Origin: an uncultured delta proteobacterium
Lineage (GTDB): Bacteria; Myxococcota; B64-G9
Assembly (NCBI GenBank): GCA_963754925.1
Contig: CAVWHX010000003.1
Location: 224,001 to 288,000, forward strand
Length of the DNA stretch: 64,000 nucleotides
Reading direction: 5' to 3'
The position numbers and the translations under genes were made by a program. The notes beneath the pieces were generated by a model. The model did not search any database. It had not been told where the DNA came from and saw only the letters and a list, made by a program, of their open reading frames with translations. Positions 42,268-52,779 of this stretch are shown here, one piece after another (the stretch's first letter is position 1; each line of letters begins with the position of its first letter).

Positions 42268-43374
42268 CTACCGCAGCTTCAAGCTGGCGATACCCACCAA
42301 GGCCAGCATGATTGATACGATCCAAAAGCGGACGATGATTTTTGGCTCGGCCCAGCCCTTCAATTCATAATGGTGGTGCAACGGCGCCATCTTGAACACC
42401 CGTTTCCCGGTTGTCTTGAAGGAAACCACCTGGATCATCACCGAAAGGATCTCCATCAAAAACACGCCGTGGATTATGGCCGAAACGATCTCATTTTTGG
42501 TCAACACCGCCAACGTACCTAAGCCAGCGCCCAATGATAGGGAGCCGATGTCACCCATAAACACCGTCGCGGGATAGGTGTTGTACCAGAGGAAACTGAT
42601 GCCGGCGCCCATGATCGCCGCACAGAAAACCGTCAGCTCGGCAGCGCCCTCGATGTACGGGATGCGCAGGTAATCGGCGACGTTGAAACCCACCGTCCAG
42701 CCCTTCATCTTCAGTATGGTGCCGGCAGCGTACGATAACACCAGGAACGTGAAGGCCGAGGTGATCACCGGACCAATGGCAAGCCCATCGAGTCCGTCGG
42801 TCATGTTCACCGCGTTAGCGGTGCCGACAATCACTACCGTTGCGAGAACGACATAGGTCCATCCGATATTCGGATTGAACAATTCGAAATTGACCACCGG
42901 AAATGAGACCCGCGAATCAAAATCGGTATAGAGATATAGCGCGCTTATCACCAGAGCGGTCGCGGTAAGTTGAATAAGCAGCCGCACCTTCCCGGACAGT
43001 CCCTTGGAGTTGTTATGACGAAGCTTGCGGTAGTCATCGACAAAACCGACGATTCCAAAAACGGTGGTAACGCCCATCACCACCCAGAGGTTCAAGTAGC
43101 TGAGATCGCCCCAGAGGAGGCACGAAATCAGGATCGCCACCAGCAGCAACATGCCGCCCATGGTGGGCGTGCCGGACTTGGCCTGGTGCGATCGAGGGGT
43201 GTCTTGCCGGACATTCGAGGCGCCGTGCTGAAGCGTCTTAAGCCAGGTGATAAAGGGCGGATAGAGCAACAGTCCGGCTATAAGCGCGGTCGCGCCGGCG
43301 GCAATGGCCCGAAACGATGGGTACCGCACGACGTTGATCCAGTGATCATGTTGGAACAACCAGTAATATAACAT
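42268..43374 (-). CDS. mraY: Phospho-MurNAc-pentapeptide transferase
   Basis: GTPTMGG, NMTDGLDGL, FMGD and MAPLHHH motifs. Confidence 0.98.
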   Translation of the reverse strand: MLYYWLFQHDHWINVVRYPSFRAIAAGATALIAGLLLYPPFITWLKTLQHGASNVRQDTPRSHQAKSGTPTMGGMLLLVAILISCLLWGDLSYLNLWVVMGVTTVFGIVGFVDDYRKLRHNNSKGLSGKVRLLIQLTATALVISALYLYTDFDSRVSFPVVNFELFNPNIGWTYVVLATVVIVGTANAVNMTDGLDGLAIGPVITSAFTFLVLSYAAGTILKMKGWTVGFNVADYLRIPYIEGAAELTVFCAAIMGAGISFLWYNTYPATVFMGDIGSLSLGAGLGTLAVLTKNEIVSAIIHGVFLMEILSVMIQVVSFKTTGKRVFKMAPLHHHYELKGWAEPKIIVRFWIVSIMLALVGIASLKLR

Positions 43375-44829
43375 CTACGCATGTCCCCCCGGGCTTGCGT
43401 TCCAGTTCACCCCGAGTTGTTTCGTCAGCAACGTGGCGATGCGTTCGAGACGGAGGGCGCGCGAGCCTTTGAGCAGTACCCAGCAACCCGGGGTCAACCG
43501 CGAAAGCAACCAGGCAACCGCTTCCTCAGGCTGTTCGGTCTCAATGACGTCGGATAATCCGCCGCGGCGGGCCTCCTCGGCTATCACCTGGGCCAGCGGC
43601 CCGAAAGCGCATAATCCCTGCACGCCCGCCTCGATCACATAGCGCCCCACCTGCCGGTGGAGCTCGTGGCTTTGGCTGCCGAGCTCGCGCATATCGCCCA
43701 AGACCGCGAGCTTTCTCGAAACCCCGGCCACCTCGTTGAGCGCCTGAAGTCCGGCCTGCATTGACTGCGGATTAGCGTTATAACAATCCACCAGGAGGTG
43801 TGCTTCACCCACGCGAACCTGCTCCAGACGCAGGCCGGGAAAGATCACCCGATCCAACCGCTGCGCGATCTCGGCCGGAGCGATTCCCTCGACTATGCCA
43901 ACCGCAGCCGCTGCGGCGGCGTTTAACGCGTTGTGCGAACCGATGGCCCGGAGCACCGTTGTCACCGTGTTACCCGCGACCTGCAGCTCCACCTCGAGGC
44001 CGCTCGGTACCAGCCGAACGGCATGGATGCGCACGTCGGCTTTGGGGCTTCGTCCGAACGTCAATTGCCGTGCCCTGGTTCGGGCGACCTGCTTGAGCAG
44101 ATAGGGATCGTCGGCATTGAACACCGCCGTTCCGTTCGGCGGCAGGGCGGCAAAAAGCTCGCCTTTGGCTTCGGCCACCGCCGGGAGGGAACCGAGGCCC
44201 TCCAAGTGCACCGGATGAACGTTGGTGATGACACCCACCTCGGGAGCTGCCACCTGCGCCAGACGGGCAATCTCGCCCGGCGCACTCATACCCATCTCCA
44301 TAACCGCGTAGTGGTGCCCTTTCGATAAGCCGAGCAAGGCGCGCGGCATGCCAACGAGATTATTGAAATTGCCGTGATTGGAGAGAACCGCGGGCCCTCC
44401 CCCTAACACCGCGACAATAAGCTCGCGCGTCGAGGTCTTGCCATTGGAACCGGTCACGGCGATCACCCGGGCAATGAATCGACGACGGTGCCAGGCTGCC
44501 AGATCCCCGAGTGCCCGGAGCGTATCTTCCGCCACCACCACCGTGCAGCGTTTCGGTAGTTCGCTCACGAGCCCTTCCTGCCACGCAGTCTTGGAAACTA
44601 ACAATAACCGAGAACCGGCCGCAGCCGCCTGCCGACAAAAACGAGCACCATCAAAATTCGGTCCGCGAAGAGCGATAAAGAGCGATTTCGGCGTTGGCTC
44701 TCGGCTGTCGGTGGTCACCGCCGAACAACTCAGCTGTGGATCGCCCCGCACTACCGTTCCCCCGACGGCCTCGGCCAACTCCTGGGCCGTGCACAAGACA
44801 CCGAAATCTGTTCTGAGCCGTTTCGTCAC
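43375..44829 (-). CDS. murF: MurF ligase
   Basis: GSNGKT, EMGM, DCYNANP, GDMRELG and KGSR motifs. Confidence 0.96.
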   Translation of the reverse strand: MTKRLRTDFGVLCTAQELAEAVGGTVVRGDPQLSCSAVTTDSREPTPKSLFIALRGPNFDGARFCRQAAAAGSRLLLVSKTAWQEGLVSELPKRCTVVVAEDTLRALGDLAAWHRRRFIARVIAVTGSNGKTSTRELIVAVLGGGPAVLSNHGNFNNLVGMPRALLGLSKGHHYAVMEMGMSAPGEIARLAQVAAPEVGVITNVHPVHLEGLGSLPAVAEAKGELFAALPPNGTAVFNADDPYLLKQVARTRARQLTFGRSPKADVRIHAVRLVPSGLEVELQVAGNTVTTVLRAIGSHNALNAAAAAAVGIVEGIAPAEIAQRLDRVIFPGLRLEQVRVGEAHLLVDCYNANPQSMQAGLQALNEVAGVSRKLAVLGDMRELGSQSHELHRQVGRYVIEAGVQGLCAFGPLAQVIAEEARRGGLSDVIETEQPEEAVAWLLSRLTPGCWVLLKGSRALRLERIATLLTKQLGVNWNASPGGHA

Positions 44830-46379
44830 CGCAACGCTCCCCCCGTAGCCATCCGTGCTGCCAGGGCAACCCGTGCCTCTTCACGGTCATCAAAGTGAAT
44901 CTTCGCATCTCCGGTGATTTGGTAATTCTCGTGCCCCTTGCCGGCTATTAACACGACGTCTTCGTTTTCTGCGATCTGGATAATCCGTTGGATGGCGTCC
45001 CGCCGATCGACCACCCGTGCAAATGTTCCTTGTGGCGCCGTCGGCAGTTCCTCGGCCCCAACCTCGCGCCATCCGTGTTGCCGCAAGCCCGGAACAATCT
45101 CTGACAGGATAGCCATCGGATCTTCAGTGCGCGAATTGTCTGAAGTCACGATTGCACGGTCAGCCAATCGGGCAACCGCGGCGCCCATGAGTGGTCGCTT
45201 GCCTCGATCTCGATCGCCGCCGCAACCAAATACCACGAGCAGGTGTCCTTTGGTCAGCGGACGCAGTGTCTCGAGGACGCTCGTGAGAGCGTGATCGGTG
45301 TGCGCGTAGTCGACAAAAACCGTCGGCCCTATTCCGGCGTCAACGCGCTCGAGTCGACCCGGAACCAAACGACAAGCAGCAATGCCGTCGGCGAGCGCAC
45401 TCGGCGTCAGGCCGAGCGCTCGACCAATCGCCACGGTAGCGAGTATGTTGTAGAGATTGTGACCGCCCGGAAGATGACTGCGCACCGCCAGCTCACCCCC
45501 CGGGTACCGAATCGTGGCCTGGATACCGTCGATTTTTTGCACCACAGCGCCAATCGGATGAACATCCGCGGCTTCGGTGTGGCCATACCAGAGGACCGAT
45601 CCGGACCATTCGCGTACCATGTCGGGGGCTCGCGGGTCATCTCGATTGACTATCGCATATTTGCCGTCCGCGCGGCTTTCAGTTAGCTCGCGTGAGAACA
45701 GCAAGGTTTTGCTGGCCGCGTAGTGTTCGAGGTCGCCGTGGTAGTCAAGATGGTCTCGGGTTAGATTGGTGAAGGCCGCCACCTTAAAATGGCACCCACG
45801 CACCCGCTCTAAATCGAGCGCGTGCGAGGAGACCTCCATGGCTACGTGGGTAACACCCGCCTGATGCATATCGAACAATAACGCCTGAAGATCGGGCGCC
45901 TCCGGTGTGGTGTGCGCACTCTCTTCGCAGAATCCTGGATAGCGCGAGGTGATGGTACCGATCACCCCCGGCACGCCACCCGCCGCGCGAACTACCTGTT
46001 CAAGGAGGTAGGTTTGCGTCGTCTTGCCCTTGGTGCCCGTCACCCCGACGAGCTGCATCCGTAAGGAGGGATGGTCATAAAAGTTGGCAGCCACGCGGGC
46101 CAAGGCCGTACGCGGTTGATCGACGTGTACCAGCGCCTTGATCTCTCCGCGCGGCATCGGTTCGCCAACCAACGCCGCCACGGCACCGCGCGCAGCAGCC
46201 TGTGTGACGAATCGCCGACCGTCAACGTTGAGACCCGGGACGGCCAAAAATGCATCGCCGGCTTTGACGCAGCGCGAATCGTATCGCACGCCAGAGATCA
46301 GCGTCTCCGGGTCGCCATCGATCTGATGTACCGCGACACCGGCGAGAACTTCTGATAACTTTTTTACCCGCTCTGGCAT
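44826..46379 (-). CDS. murE: MurE ligase
   Basis: GTKGKT, MEVSSH, DYAHT, GCGGDRD, DNSR and GKGHE motifs. Start uncertain. Confidence 0.96.
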   Translation of the reverse strand: MPERVKKLSEVLAGVAVHQIDGDPETLISGVRYDSRCVKAGDAFLAVPGLNVDGRRFVTQAAARGAVAALVGEPMPRGEIKALVHVDQPRTALARVAANFYDHPSLRMQLVGVTGTKGKTTQTYLLEQVVRAAGGVPGVIGTITSRYPGFCEESAHTTPEAPDLQALLFDMHQAGVTHVAMEVSSHALDLERVRGCHFKVAAFTNLTRDHLDYHGDLEHYAASKTLLFSRELTESRADGKYAIVNRDDPRAPDMVREWSGSVLWYGHTEAADVHPIGAVVQKIDGIQATIRYPGGELAVRSHLPGGHNLYNILATVAIGRALGLTPSALADGIAACRLVPGRLERVDAGIGPTVFVDYAHTDHALTSVLETLRPLTKGHLLVVFGCGGDRDRGKRPLMGAAVARLADRAIVTSDNSRTEDPMAILSEIVPGLRQHGWREVGAEELPTAPQGTFARVVDRRDAIQRIIQIAENEDVVLIAGKGHENYQITGDAKIHFDDREEARVALAARMATGGALR

Positions 46380-46410
46380 TCGAATCAACGGCCCTCGCCG
46401 CATGCCGCCA

Positions 46411-48468
46411 CTAGTGATCGATCGGCCGGATTACCGGCGGCGATTTAACATTCATACCGGTAGCGTCTTGTTCCAGGAGCAAGGACACCCGCGTTGTTAC
46501 GGTAGTTGAGCTGACGCCTGGCAACGGTTTTTGGCTCCGCACGCGGCCGCTGCCCTGGACGCTTACCTCAACCCCCGGTCCCGCAAGCCGACGCAGAGCT
46601 TCCCGTAAAGACAGGCCGCGTACATCCGGTATCGGTAACGCAGGCGCCTCCGACGAGGCTGCGGAGACTGACGTTTTCGCCGGCCGGTATGCGCCGCTCA
46701 GCTCCTCCTGTTCATCCTCACGCGCCTGCTCCGGAGCCGCCGCTACAACCGGCGCCGGGGAAGACGCGTCTTTTGCAAATACCCCTAAGTAGGCCAGGGT
46801 GGCCGCAGAAATGCGCGCAAAGGCTGGCGCCGCCACCACGCCGCCATAGGGGCTGGTGGTCGGCTCGTCCACCGTAACCAGCACGGTAATGCGCGGCTGC
46901 TCCGCCGGAAGAAATCCAATAAATGAAGCGATGCGCTTGTCGCGTGAGTAGCCACCGGCTATCGGATCCTGCTTTTGGGCCGTACCGGTCTTGCCTGCCA
47001 CGCTGAACCCTGGCACGGCCGCCAAGGTTCCCGTGCCGCCGGTTTGGGTGACACCCGTGAGCATCTCGGTCAGCTGCGCAACCGTGGAGGGCGTAAACAC
47101 CCTCCCCAGCGGCTCGGGTTCGAAGCGTTGAATGATGTCATCGTGCTGCCCGCGAATTTCTTTAACCAACAAGGGTCTCATCCAGACACCCCCATTGGCT
47201 AAGGCTGCATAGGCGCTGACGAGCTGGAGGCTGGTCACGCTCACCCCCTGCCCAAAGGCAATATTGGCGAGGCCGATGTCCGACCAATTTTGCGGTTGGG
47301 CCAGCTGACAGCGCGCCTCGCCTGGCACCTCGGCGCCGGTGATTCGACCGAAACCGGCGCGGTACAAGGCGTCGTGCAATCGTTCACGTCCAAGCCGCAA
47401 CCCGATCTTCGCCATGCCGATATTGCTCGAGTGAACGAGAATCTCCCGAGGGGTAAGTAACCCAAAATGGTGACCGGACGAGTCGTGTATCGTGTGGCCG
47501 CCAACCTCCATAGTGCCCCACTGGCAGTCGATTTGTTCAGATCGCTTGACCACACCCGTCTCCAGCGCTTCGGCCATAGCAAAAACCTTCAAGGTCGAGC
47601 CCGGCTCGAAGCAATCGGTAACTGCTCGATTGCGCCGGTTGGCGGGGGGAGCCTTCGAGAACGTATTAGGGTTGAACCCCGGATGACTCGCCATAGCCAG
47701 GATTTCGCCGCTCTGCGGATCCATAACGACAGCTGTCCCGGCCTTGGCGCCGGCATCCTGTATCGCCCGCTCCAGTTCGGTCTCGACTATCTCCTGGATG
47801 GTCATATCAATAGTCAAGGCAAGCCCCGCGCCGGAAGCGGCATCCTGGGGCGAGACCGCATCGGCGTAGAGCAACCGGCCGCGGGCGTCGCGCAATCCAT
47901 GGGCCAACACCGTCGCACCGCGCAGCCTGCCGTCAAACAGTAATTCTAAGCCCTCGAGTCCGCGGCCATCTCCCGCAAAACCGACCAGCGCACCCGCGAG
48001 CTCGCGGGCTGGATAGAAGCGTCGGCTCTCCTGGGTAAAACGCACGCCCTTGAGTTGCAATGCGCGGACTCGTTCGGCCTCGGCCGGGGTGACGTGGCGC
48101 TTGATCCAAACGAACTGTCGGCCGGACGTGAGCTTTTGGAGCAATCGTTTCTCGGTCAATCCCAACGCCCGCGTCAATGTCCGAGCCGTACTGAGCGGAT
48201 TGGCGACTTCCTGCGGGATGACAAAGATTGAATCGGTCATCACACTCACGGCAATCGGCACGCCGCGCCGATCGACTATCTTGCCGCGCATCGGCTCGAG
48301 CGCTATCTCGCGCAGGTACTGTTCGCGAGCCAGGCCGTCGAGCCACTCGGACTGGGTTACCTGCAGGGTTGACATGCGCACCACTATGACCGCAGCGCCA
48401 CCGAGCAGCAGCGTCGCTACCAGCAGCAATCGGACCCGCATCCAGATGTTTTGCATACCGTTCCGCAT
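46411..48468 (-). CDS. ftsI: Penicillin-binding protein FtsI with PASTA domain
   Basis: STLK, SSN and KTGT transpeptidase motifs; C-terminal PDVRGLS. Start uncertain. Confidence 0.95.
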   Translation of the reverse strand: MRNGMQNIWMRVRLLLVATLLLGGAAVIVVRMSTLQVTQSEWLDGLAREQYLREIALEPMRGKIVDRRGVPIAVSVMTDSIFVIPQEVANPLSTARTLTRALGLTEKRLLQKLTSGRQFVWIKRHVTPAEAERVRALQLKGVRFTQESRRFYPARELAGALVGFAGDGRGLEGLELLFDGRLRGATVLAHGLRDARGRLLYADAVSPQDAASGAGLALTIDMTIQEIVETELERAIQDAGAKAGTAVVMDPQSGEILAMASHPGFNPNTFSKAPPANRRNRAVTDCFEPGSTLKVFAMAEALETGVVKRSEQIDCQWGTMEVGGHTIHDSSGHHFGLLTPREILVHSSNIGMAKIGLRLGRERLHDALYRAGFGRITGAEVPGEARCQLAQPQNWSDIGLANIAFGQGVSVTSLQLVSAYAALANGGVWMRPLLVKEIRGQHDDIIQRFEPEPLGRVFTPSTVAQLTEMLTGVTQTGGTGTLAAVPGFSVAGKTGTAQKQDPIAGGYSRDKRIASFIGFLPAEQPRITVLVTVDEPTTSPYGGVVAAPAFARISAATLAYLGVFAKDASSPAPVVAAAPEQAREDEQEELSGAYRPAKTSVSAASSEAPALPIPDVRGLSLREALRRLAGPGVEVSVQGSGRVRSQKPLPGVSSTTVTTRVSLLLEQDATGMNVKSPPVIRPIDH

Positions 48469-48526
48469 CGCCAAAAACTCCGCCGCACCCCTTCCGTCGG
48501 GCACCGTGACGACGTACCGCTTGTGC

Positions 48527-48916
48527 TCAGCGACCGGTCATACTGCTGAGCACGGTCTGATCCTGCTTGAGACTCTGCCGAAGCCTGAGTAACTGCGTCG
48601 CGTTGGGTTCAACCAACCCAAGCTTCTCAATCGCCAATTTGCGCAACCGTTGCGGGCTCCGCAAGGTCGCCACCTCGACCTGCAACGAATGCTGATCGGT
48701 CAACAGCTGCTGGTGCTCGCTGGCTGCGGCAGAAAGGGCATAGCCCAGCTCGACCGCGGAGAGCTTCGCGTGTACGTGCACAAACGCAGCAACGATGAGG
48801 ATTAGCAAAAGCAGCAGCCAGGCCCAGAAGTACCGCGGCCATGCCAGCGCTCGCCGCCTGGCGGTCGAACCATTGTTGTTAAGATTTTTGTTTCTTGTGC
48901 GAATCACGGTTTTCAC
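48527..48916 (-). CDS. ftsL: Cell division protein FtsL
   Basis: TM plus coiled coil ending LRSPQRL..LA...LGL; lies between rsmH and ftsI. Confidence 0.85.
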   Translation of the reverse strand: MKTVIRTRNKNLNNNGSTARRRALAWPRYFWAWLLLLLILIVAAFVHVHAKLSAVELGYALSAAASEHQQLLTDQHSLQVEVATLRSPQRLRKLAIEKLGLVEPNATQLLRLRQSLKQDQTVLSSMTGR

Positions 48917-49863
48917 AGAACTGATTCCTTCTCCGCGATGGACACCCGCTCAGCCACTCTCAACGTGGCCGAGCGAGCGCGCGGGTTAGCAGATACCTCT
49001 TCAGCTGTAGGTCGTTGCGGCCGCCGGGTTATTATTCGCAGGTGCGCCGTCGCACCGCAGGTGCACACCGGCAAATCCGGCGCACAGGTGCAGCGTCCCT
49101 GCAACTGAACAAATCGCTGTTTGATGCGTCGATCCTCGACGCTGTGAAATGAAATAAAAACCGCCCGCGCGCCGCGTTCGAGCGGCTCCGGCAAGGCCGT
49201 CAGCAAGGCGTCGAGTTCACCATCCTCATTGTTGACCAGCATGCGCAAGGCCAAGAAAACCCGTGTCGCCGGGTGAAGGCGAAAACGGCCGCCCTCGGAA
49301 CCCACCCGGGCAAGGTCGACGGTGGTGTTGAGCCTCCCCGCCCGATACGCCTCAAGGATCCGACGCGCTATGGAGCGCGGGCGTCCCACCTGCCCCAACC
49401 GTTTTAATGCGTCAGCCAGGTCTTCAAGTGTTATCTCTGCGAGGAGTTGATCCAACGTCCTGCCGCGAGTCGGATCCATGCGCATGTCGAGGGGACCGGG
49501 CCGTTTTAAACTAAAACCGCGCTCGGCTCGCTCAAACTGCAACGACGACACGCCCAAATCGGCCAACATACCATCGACGCGCCGTACCCCCGTTTTACGC
49601 AGAACGGAAGGAAGCTCGGAAAACAAAGCCTGAAACAACGAGACGCGACCTCGATAGGACACAAGATTATCGGTGGCGGCTTGTAGCGCTTCGGGGTCGC
49701 GATCGATTCCCAGTAACCGTCCATCGGGAGCGCTCCGATCGAGGATACCACGAGCGTGACCGCCGACACCGACCGTGAGATCGACATAGGTCCCGCCCGG
49801 TTTAACCTGCAGCGCCGCCACGGCCTGCTCCAGCATAACGGGAATATGTATTGCTGGATTCAC
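48913..49863 (-). CDS. rsmH: 16S rRNA m4C1402 methyltransferase
   Basis: HIPVM, DLGVSS, LDMRMD, SFHSVEDR and NPRARSA motifs. Confidence 0.97.
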   Translation of the reverse strand: MNPAIHIPVMLEQAVAALQVKPGGTYVDLTVGVGGHARGILDRSAPDGRLLGIDRDPEALQAATDNLVSYRGRVSLFQALFSELPSVLRKTGVRRVDGMLADLGVSSLQFERAERGFSLKRPGPLDMRMDPTRGRTLDQLLAEITLEDLADALKRLGQVGRPRSIARRILEAYRAGRLNTTVDLARVGSEGGRFRLHPATRVFLALRMLVNNEDGELDALLTALPEPLERGARAVFISFHSVEDRRIKQRFVQLQGRCTCAPDLPVCTCGATAHLRIITRRPQRPTAEEVSANPRARSATLRVAERVSIAEKESVL

Positions 49864-49892
49864 CCCGTCACCCTTCCGATGCGTGAAAAAAA

Positions 49893-50339
49893 CTATAAAC
49901 CGATTTCACCGAGCGCGTCGCCTAGGCTTGAAAGCTGACCGCGAGCTTCCTGGGACACGCGCTCCCAGTTCTCTTTAGACCACAGCTCAATCGTATCGAC
50001 CATCCCCGACCAAATGACTTCGCGCTCAAGGTTGGCAAATTCCCGCAATACCGGTGGGATGAGTATCCGCCCGTTGCCATCGATTTGGCATTCCTGGGCA
50101 CCAGAAATCAGCACCCGCTTTAATCGCAACACCTTGGGATCGAAGCGCGGGAGCTGTCGGATTTTCTCCTCGATAAGCTGCCACTCGGCTACCGGGTAGG
50201 CAATCAAGCAGGGATCAATGAACGAGGTCAGTATTAACCGCTCTTCCGCATAACGCGACGAAAGGATCTCTCGAAAACGCGCTGGTAGGCTCACGCGACC
50301 CTTGTCATCGACCGTGTGTTCGGAGCGACCTCGAAACAT
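49893..50339 (-). CDS. mraZ: Transcriptional repressor MraZ
   Basis: DDKGRVSLP and DGNGRILIP repeats; start MFRG after GGGAGAGGGAG. Confidence 0.96.
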   Translation of the reverse strand: MFRGRSEHTVDDKGRVSLPARFREILSSRYAEERLILTSFIDPCLIAYPVAEWQLIEEKIRQLPRFDPKVLRLKRVLISGAQECQIDGNGRILIPPVLREFANLEREVIWSGMVDTIELWSKENWERVSQEARGQLSSLGDALGEIGL

Positions 50340-50376
50340 CTCCCTCTCCCATAAGCCCTTCGAGATATGTACTGCG

Positions 50377-50414
50377 TTACCACTATTAAAATCAATTTCC
50401 CACTTCTTACCACT
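50377..50414 (-). promoter_or_regulatory. Putative MraZ binding repeats
   Basis: AGTGG(T/G)AA units at 50380, 50400 and 50410 (10-nt phase) upstream of mraZ, resembling known GTGG[GT] MraZ boxes. Confidence 0.65.
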
Positions 50415-50915
50415 TCGTGCATATTCGGACTTCAAAAGGATATTGTCAACATCGATTAGAGTTTTTTTTCTAAATATTGTACAGATCGTGTGCAAACATC
50501 ATGTCCTAGTGTATAAAATTTGTACACCACAATTAGTTGTTGAAAAAAGCTAGAATTATTTTTGTGATGTCACCGATACGACCGAATATCCAAGAGTATA
50601 TTTTACGTTACCGGAAACAAAATCCCGCTTTTCGGCGTCGGTGTGTATCAGTATTGATCAGTGGAAATAAAATGGGTGGCATTTTATTAATGTATTACTT
50701 TATGTTATATTTTTATTACATTGATAATAATACATAATATATAAAGTTATAAAAGAATTTTATACGACATTAGTATGTCCAGACTTTCTTTTTGGGTAAC
50801 TGGTGTATTGGCGTTGTTGATTTTATCGCGCTTATAGCATATCCCTTTGCTTGGTGTTTTATGGGCGCCAACCGATTGATTATGCGCTGCAGGCGCCATT
50901 CAGGAGGAAACTTTC

Positions 50916-51176
50916 ATGAGCGATGCGACGCTCCCGACACCGTCAGTTGCTTCCCTCGAAGATCAACTGGACAACGCCACGCGAGCGCTGGAACAAGGTG
51001 ACTTCATGCTCGCACGTACCATCGTGAGCGCACTTCCCGTACGTGCGTCGCGAGACGACCAACAAAAGGTTGATCGTTTCATGCGCAACCTGCGGGTTGA
51101 TCCCGTCGCCCTCGTTGCCGCGCTCACCGTCGCCATCGGTCTTGCATTGGTTGCGAGCTTAACGGTATTCCACTAA
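50916..51176 (+). CDS. Small hypothetical protein with C-terminal TM
   Basis: AGGAGG SD; hydrophobic C-terminal tail. Confidence 0.65.
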   Translation: MSDATLPTPSVASLEDQLDNATRALEQGDFMLARTIVSALPVRASRDDQQKVDRFMRNLRVDPVALVAALTVAIGLALVASLTVFH

Positions 51177-51212
51177 CCCCTGTTGCAAACGAGCAACGAG
51201 CGAAACGAACCC

Positions 51213-52649
51213 ATGACCACCCAAAAGAAGATTACGCCCCGTGAGGTTGACTACAACCAGTGGTACCTCGACGTCATTCAGGCTGCCGAGTTAGCCGACT
51301 ACGCACCGGTTAAAGGGTGCATGGTGATTCGACCAAACGGCTATGCTATCTGGGAGAGCATTCAACAGACGCTCGACCAGATGTTCAAAGACACCGGCCA
51401 CGTGAATGCCTACTTTCCCCTGCTGATTCCCGAGAGCTTTTTTAAAAAAGAGGCCGAACATGTTGAGGGCTTTGCACCGGAGTGCGCGGTAGTAACGATC
51501 GGCGGCGGCAAAAAGCTCGACGAGCCGCTCTACATCCGCCCGACCTCCGAGACTATTATCTGGAGTATGTATAAAACGTGGATATCTTCTCACCGCGATC
51601 TGCCGATTTTGATAAACCAGTGGGCCAATGTGGTGCGCTGGGAAATGCGCACGCGCTTGTTCTTGCGCACCACCGAGTTCCTCTGGCAGGAGGGTCATAC
51701 GGCTCACGCCACCGCCGCGGAGGCAGAGGCCGAAACGCTCCAGATGCTCGATGTCTATCGTCGTTTGTCCGAGGAAACCCTTGCCATCCCGGTCATCGCC
51801 GGGCTCAAGACCGATCGCGAGAAATTCGCCGGCGCTCTTCGAACCTATACTATCGAAGCCATGATGCAGGATCGACGAGCGTTGCAAGCCGGCACCTCGC
51901 ATAACCTCGGTCAAAACTTCGCCAAGGCGTTTGATGTCACCTACCAAGATGAGGCCGGCCAGCGCCAATTGGTCTGGGCAACGAGTTGGGGGCTCAGCAC
52001 CCGTATGATCGGCGCGTTAATTATGGTGCATTCCGATGACAAGGGACTGGTGCTGCCACCGCGCGTGGCATCCCGAAAGGTCGTGTTGGTGCCGATCCCG
52101 GGCAAGAACGCGGATGTCACCAATACCGTGGCCGAGGCTCGGCGTTTGGCGGATGGGCTTGGTTTGGGGCGCGCCCTGCATGTCGATGACCGCAATAATG
52201 TAAGCCCTGGCTGGAAGTTTTTTGACTGGGAGCAACGGGGTGTTCCGGTTCGGATCGAGCTCGGCCCGCGTGATATCAGCCAGAAGCAGGCGGTGGTGGT
52301 GCGACGCGATACCGGTGAGAAAAAGATCGTGCCCTGGTCCTCACTCAAGCAAGCACTCGATCAGGCTCTCGACGGCATGCAACGCGCCTTGTTCGAACGC
52401 GCCAAGGCCTTTCGCGACCAGTACCTCTATCCGGTCGACGATGAAAAAAGTTTTCGGGAGAAGCTTGAGCAGCCGGGCGGGTTTTTACTAACGCATTGGT
52501 GCGGCGACGGCGAGTGCGAAGGGCGTATTCAGGAGCAAACGAAAGCCACCATCCGTTGTATTCCGCTCGACTCGCCTAAGGAACGCGGCGTCTGCCCGTT
52601 TTGCGGCAAGCCCAGCACGCGGCGCGTGATCTATGCCAAGTCATATTAG
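51213..52649 (+). CDS. proS: Proline--tRNA ligase (archaeal/eukaryote-like type)
   Basis: [23 protein letters not shown] and LQAGTSH motifs; C-terminal AKSY. Confidence 0.97.
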   Translation: MTTQKKITPREVDYNQWYLDVIQAAELADYAPVKGCMVIRPNGYAIWESIQQTLDQMFKDTGHVNAYFPLLIPESFFKKEAEHVEGFAPECAVVTIGGGKKLDEPLYIRPTSETIIWSMYKTWISSHRDLPILINQWANVVRWEMRTRLFLRTTEFLWQEGHTAHATAAEAEAETLQMLDVYRRLSEETLAIPVIAGLKTDREKFAGALRTYTIEAMMQDRRALQAGTSHNLGQNFAKAFDVTYQDEAGQRQLVWATSWGLSTRMIGALIMVHSDDKGLVLPPRVASRKVVLVPIPGKNADVTNTVAEARRLADGLGLGRALHVDDRNNVSPGWKFFDWEQRGVPVRIELGPRDISQKQAVVVRRDTGEKKIVPWSSLKQALDQALDGMQRALFERAKAFRDQYLYPVDDEKSFREKLEQPGGFLLTHWCGDGECEGRIQEQTKATIRCIPLDSPKERGVCPFCGKPSTRRVIYAKSY

Positions 52650-52668
52650 TGTGGTATTACAGTAATAC

Positions 52669-52748
52669 ATTGTCATATCGACCGAAGGGAGATATCTTGA
52701 TAATATCTCACGTCTGTTGAGATTTCTCGCTACGCTCGAAATGACAAT
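52669..52748. repeat. TGTCAT-type inverted REP-like pair
   Basis: TGTCATATCGACCGAAGGGAGATATCT ... AGATTTCTCGCTACGCTCGAAATGACA. Confidence 0.7.
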
Positions 52749-52779
52749 ATTGCAAAGCTATCGCGGAGACACTAGTAGT

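Noticed and set aside
32929..48592. Long plus-strand ORFs opposite the dcw genes (and similar shadow ORFs elsewhere)
   Set aside because: Antisense frames expected in GC-rich coding DNA; no recognisable motifs.
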